36,572 bases of DNA. Origin: Jimgerdemannia flammicorona. Taxonomy: Eukaryota. Position 1 is the stretch's first letter, and the number at the start of each line of letters is the position of its first letter. A program made the translations under genes and the position numbers. The stretch is from contig RBNJ01000212.1 of assembly GCA_003990765.1 (NCBI GenBank), positions 1 through 36,572 on the forward strand, in the 5' to 3' direction. Shown here in pieces: positions 34,143 to 36,572 of the stretch. The notes under the pieces were generated by a model, which was not told the origin of the DNA, did not search any database, and saw only the letters and a program-made list of their open reading frames with translations.

Positions 34143-36572
34143 GATATTTCTTGAGTCAGTTTCGGTGAATGGTGGTGGGGATTATTGTGCCTGAGGGTTT
34201 TCGTAGCCAAAAGGTGGTCCCTTTTATATCTTGCACAAGGTAAGGTCCTTCCCACTTGGGCTCCAGTTTTCGTGACCATGAAGCTTCAACCATATTCTGA
34301 TACACCAGGACTTTGTCTCCTATCTTGATGATCTCTAAGGGGTTGTGGGTCTTTTCCGCATTCCTCCATTGTAGTATCTGCACCTTCATTATGTAATCCT
34401 CAGCCTTCTTTCTGATTTGGTGTAGTCTCCATATTTCCATATCCACATATTTCCATACAGCATCTCCATTGGATGACAAGGTTCCCTGAGAACATTCTTC
34501 TCTGAACAGCATTTCTCGAGGGGTAAAGTGGGTACTTTGTGATCAGATATCCCGGAGAGCAGATAATGTTATTGATAGATAGTGATCCCAGTTCTCATAG
34601 CTATCGCAGATCTTTGCAATAATGTTCTTGAGGGTTTTGTTAGTCCTTTCTACTTGTCCATTTCCTTGAGGGTGATATACTGTGGTCCGAATATGCTGAA
34701 TCTTGTACTTCTTGTAGAGAACTTTGAAGAACTGGTTCACGAATTCTGTTCCTCTATCTGTAGTTACTTGTGTTGGGGTCTTGAACCGGCAGATGATTTC
34801 CTTGTGGAAGAAATCGGCGATTAACTGTGCATTGGCTTCCTTGAGGGGTCCTGCTTCTATCCACTTCGTAAAAAGGTCTACGATGACAATGATGTATCAG
34901 TTACCAGTCAGGGTCAAGGGTAGGGAGCCAATTACATCTATTGCTATATGGGCAAATGGTACTGGTTCTATGTGTGCTGATCCTGGGGCTTGATTCTGTT
35001 GGTCTTGTTTCTGTTTCTGGCATTTGTCACATATTTTGACAAATTGTCTGATATCTTTCTCCATTCCTGGCCACCATATTGTTCTTCTTGCCTTGTTATG
35101 TGTATTCATTCCTCTTAGGTGGCCAAGTTCGTGTACTGATTTCATTGCTTGCTCCTTCTTGTATTCTGGTATGACTAGTAGTTTTTCTTTCTTCAGTGTT
35201 TCTCCATCGGTTTCGAATTGTTTCCATATCCTATTGATAATTGTTTGTGTCCATTCTTCCAGATGTTGGGGCATCTTTCGCTGTCCCAGGTATGTGATGA
35301 TTCTATAGTAGAGCTCCTTATTCATGATTGATTTGTTGGTTAGAGGTAGTTTGAGGTGTCCATGAGAGAGCATCTGCATTGGAATTTGTTCTTCCAGGGC
35401 AGTGCATGATGGTTACATCATAGGCTTGTAACTTCATTATCCATCTGGCATAGATTCCCTTGGGTTGTCCGGTTGTCAGTAGCCAGGTGAGAGCTGAGTG
35501 GTCTGTCTGGATGGTGAAGTGTCTTCCAGCCAGATAGTAGTGGAACTTTTCCACAGCCCAGATGACTGCAAGGCATTCCAACTTGTAGGACTCATATTCT
35601 TTTTCAGCCCCTCGGGTTCTGCAGCTAAGATATGCAATGACATACTCTTTTTTATCTTCTTTTTGAGCCAGGACTGCTTCTAGTCCTTGTGCACTTGCAT
35701 CTGTTTAGAGGATAAATTCTTGGGTTCAATTGGGTTGTCTGAGGATGGGTGCCTGAGTTAGTCTGACCTTGAGTTCGTCAAATACTTTTTGTTGTCTGCC
35801 AGTCTACTGGAACTTAGTATCCTTCTTGTTGAGTTCATAGATTGGGCCTGCGATATTGGAGAATCCTCTAATGAATCTGTGATAGTAGGAGGCGAGTCCC
35901 ATGAAGGCTTGGGCTTCTGTGACAGTAGTGGGCCTTGGGTATGCTGCTACTGCTTGTATTTTGAGGGGGTCCGTGTGTGTTCCATCTCGATTGATGATAT
36001 GGCCAAGATAGGAGATCTTGATTTCCGCAAACTTGCACTTCTTGGGTTTGATATAAAGGCTATGTTGTCTTAGTCTCTCCATTATCTGCTGTATGTGCTG
36101 CAGATGTTCCTTGGCTGTCTTGCTGTAGATGATTACATCATCGACATAGACCATCATCCATCTTCCCATATTATAGCGGAAGATTTTGTTCATTATTTGC
36201 TGAAAGCTTGCTGGTGCATTGCACATTTCAAATAGCATTCATAGGTAGATGTAGGTTCCGTCTGGGGTGATGAAGGCTGACTTTTCACTTGCCATTTCTG
36301 TGAGTCCGATTTGGTAGAATCCTGAGTATAAGTCCAAGGTGCTGTAGTATTGTGCTTCGTCTCCTAGTGTTATAAGGATATCACTGATGAGCGGTAGTGG
36401 TTGGCGATCCTTCTTGGTGACTGCATTGAGCTTTCTGTAGTCAACACAGAGCCTTGGGGCAAATTCTCCAGGTTTGCTTCCTTTTTTCGGGGCTAGTACA
36501 ACTGGTGAAGACCAGGGGCTACTGGCTTCTTTGATGATGCCGGCTTCTTCCATCTGCTTGATTTCTTCTCTG

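Larger units (their letters stand above)
33167..36572 (-). mobile_element. Ty3/gypsy element family L3 (runs off the window): RT-RNaseH-integrase, extra ORF, PPT, 3' LTR
   Basis: SSPWSSPVVL..RLCVDYRKLN; MVYVDDVIIYS; ECLAVIWAVEKFHYYL..TDH; WWPGM..CDKCQ; YHPQGNGQVER; KLEPKWEGPY; PPT AGGAGGAAGT 33653-33644. Few frameshifts and stops, so the least degraded element here. Confidence 0.95.

Overview
Fungal (intron-rich eukaryotic) DNA. A compact, CpG-rich three-gene island (~15.4-19.9 kb) holds an MFSD6-like MFS transporter, the AP-4 adaptor sigma subunit and an ECM15/UPF0045 thiamine-binding-family gene. It lies within nested transposons that are heavily C>T/G>A mutated: at least five Ty3/gypsy elements (three carry a dUTPase between gag and protease), three copies of a 1.2-kb poly(A)-tailed non-autonomous retroposon, hAT MITEs and an intron-containing hAT transposase relic. 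The most striking observation comes from manual translation through mutation-derived stops. Three different gypsy elements carry mutually homologous accessory ORFs of unknown function, two inside oversized (1.5 and ~2.1 kb) LTRs upstream of the TATA box (U3) and one between integrase and the PPT. Retention of AP-4 suggests an early-diverging fungus (inference), which would make the RIP-like mutation pattern notable. All alignments were made by eye; no database searches were run.
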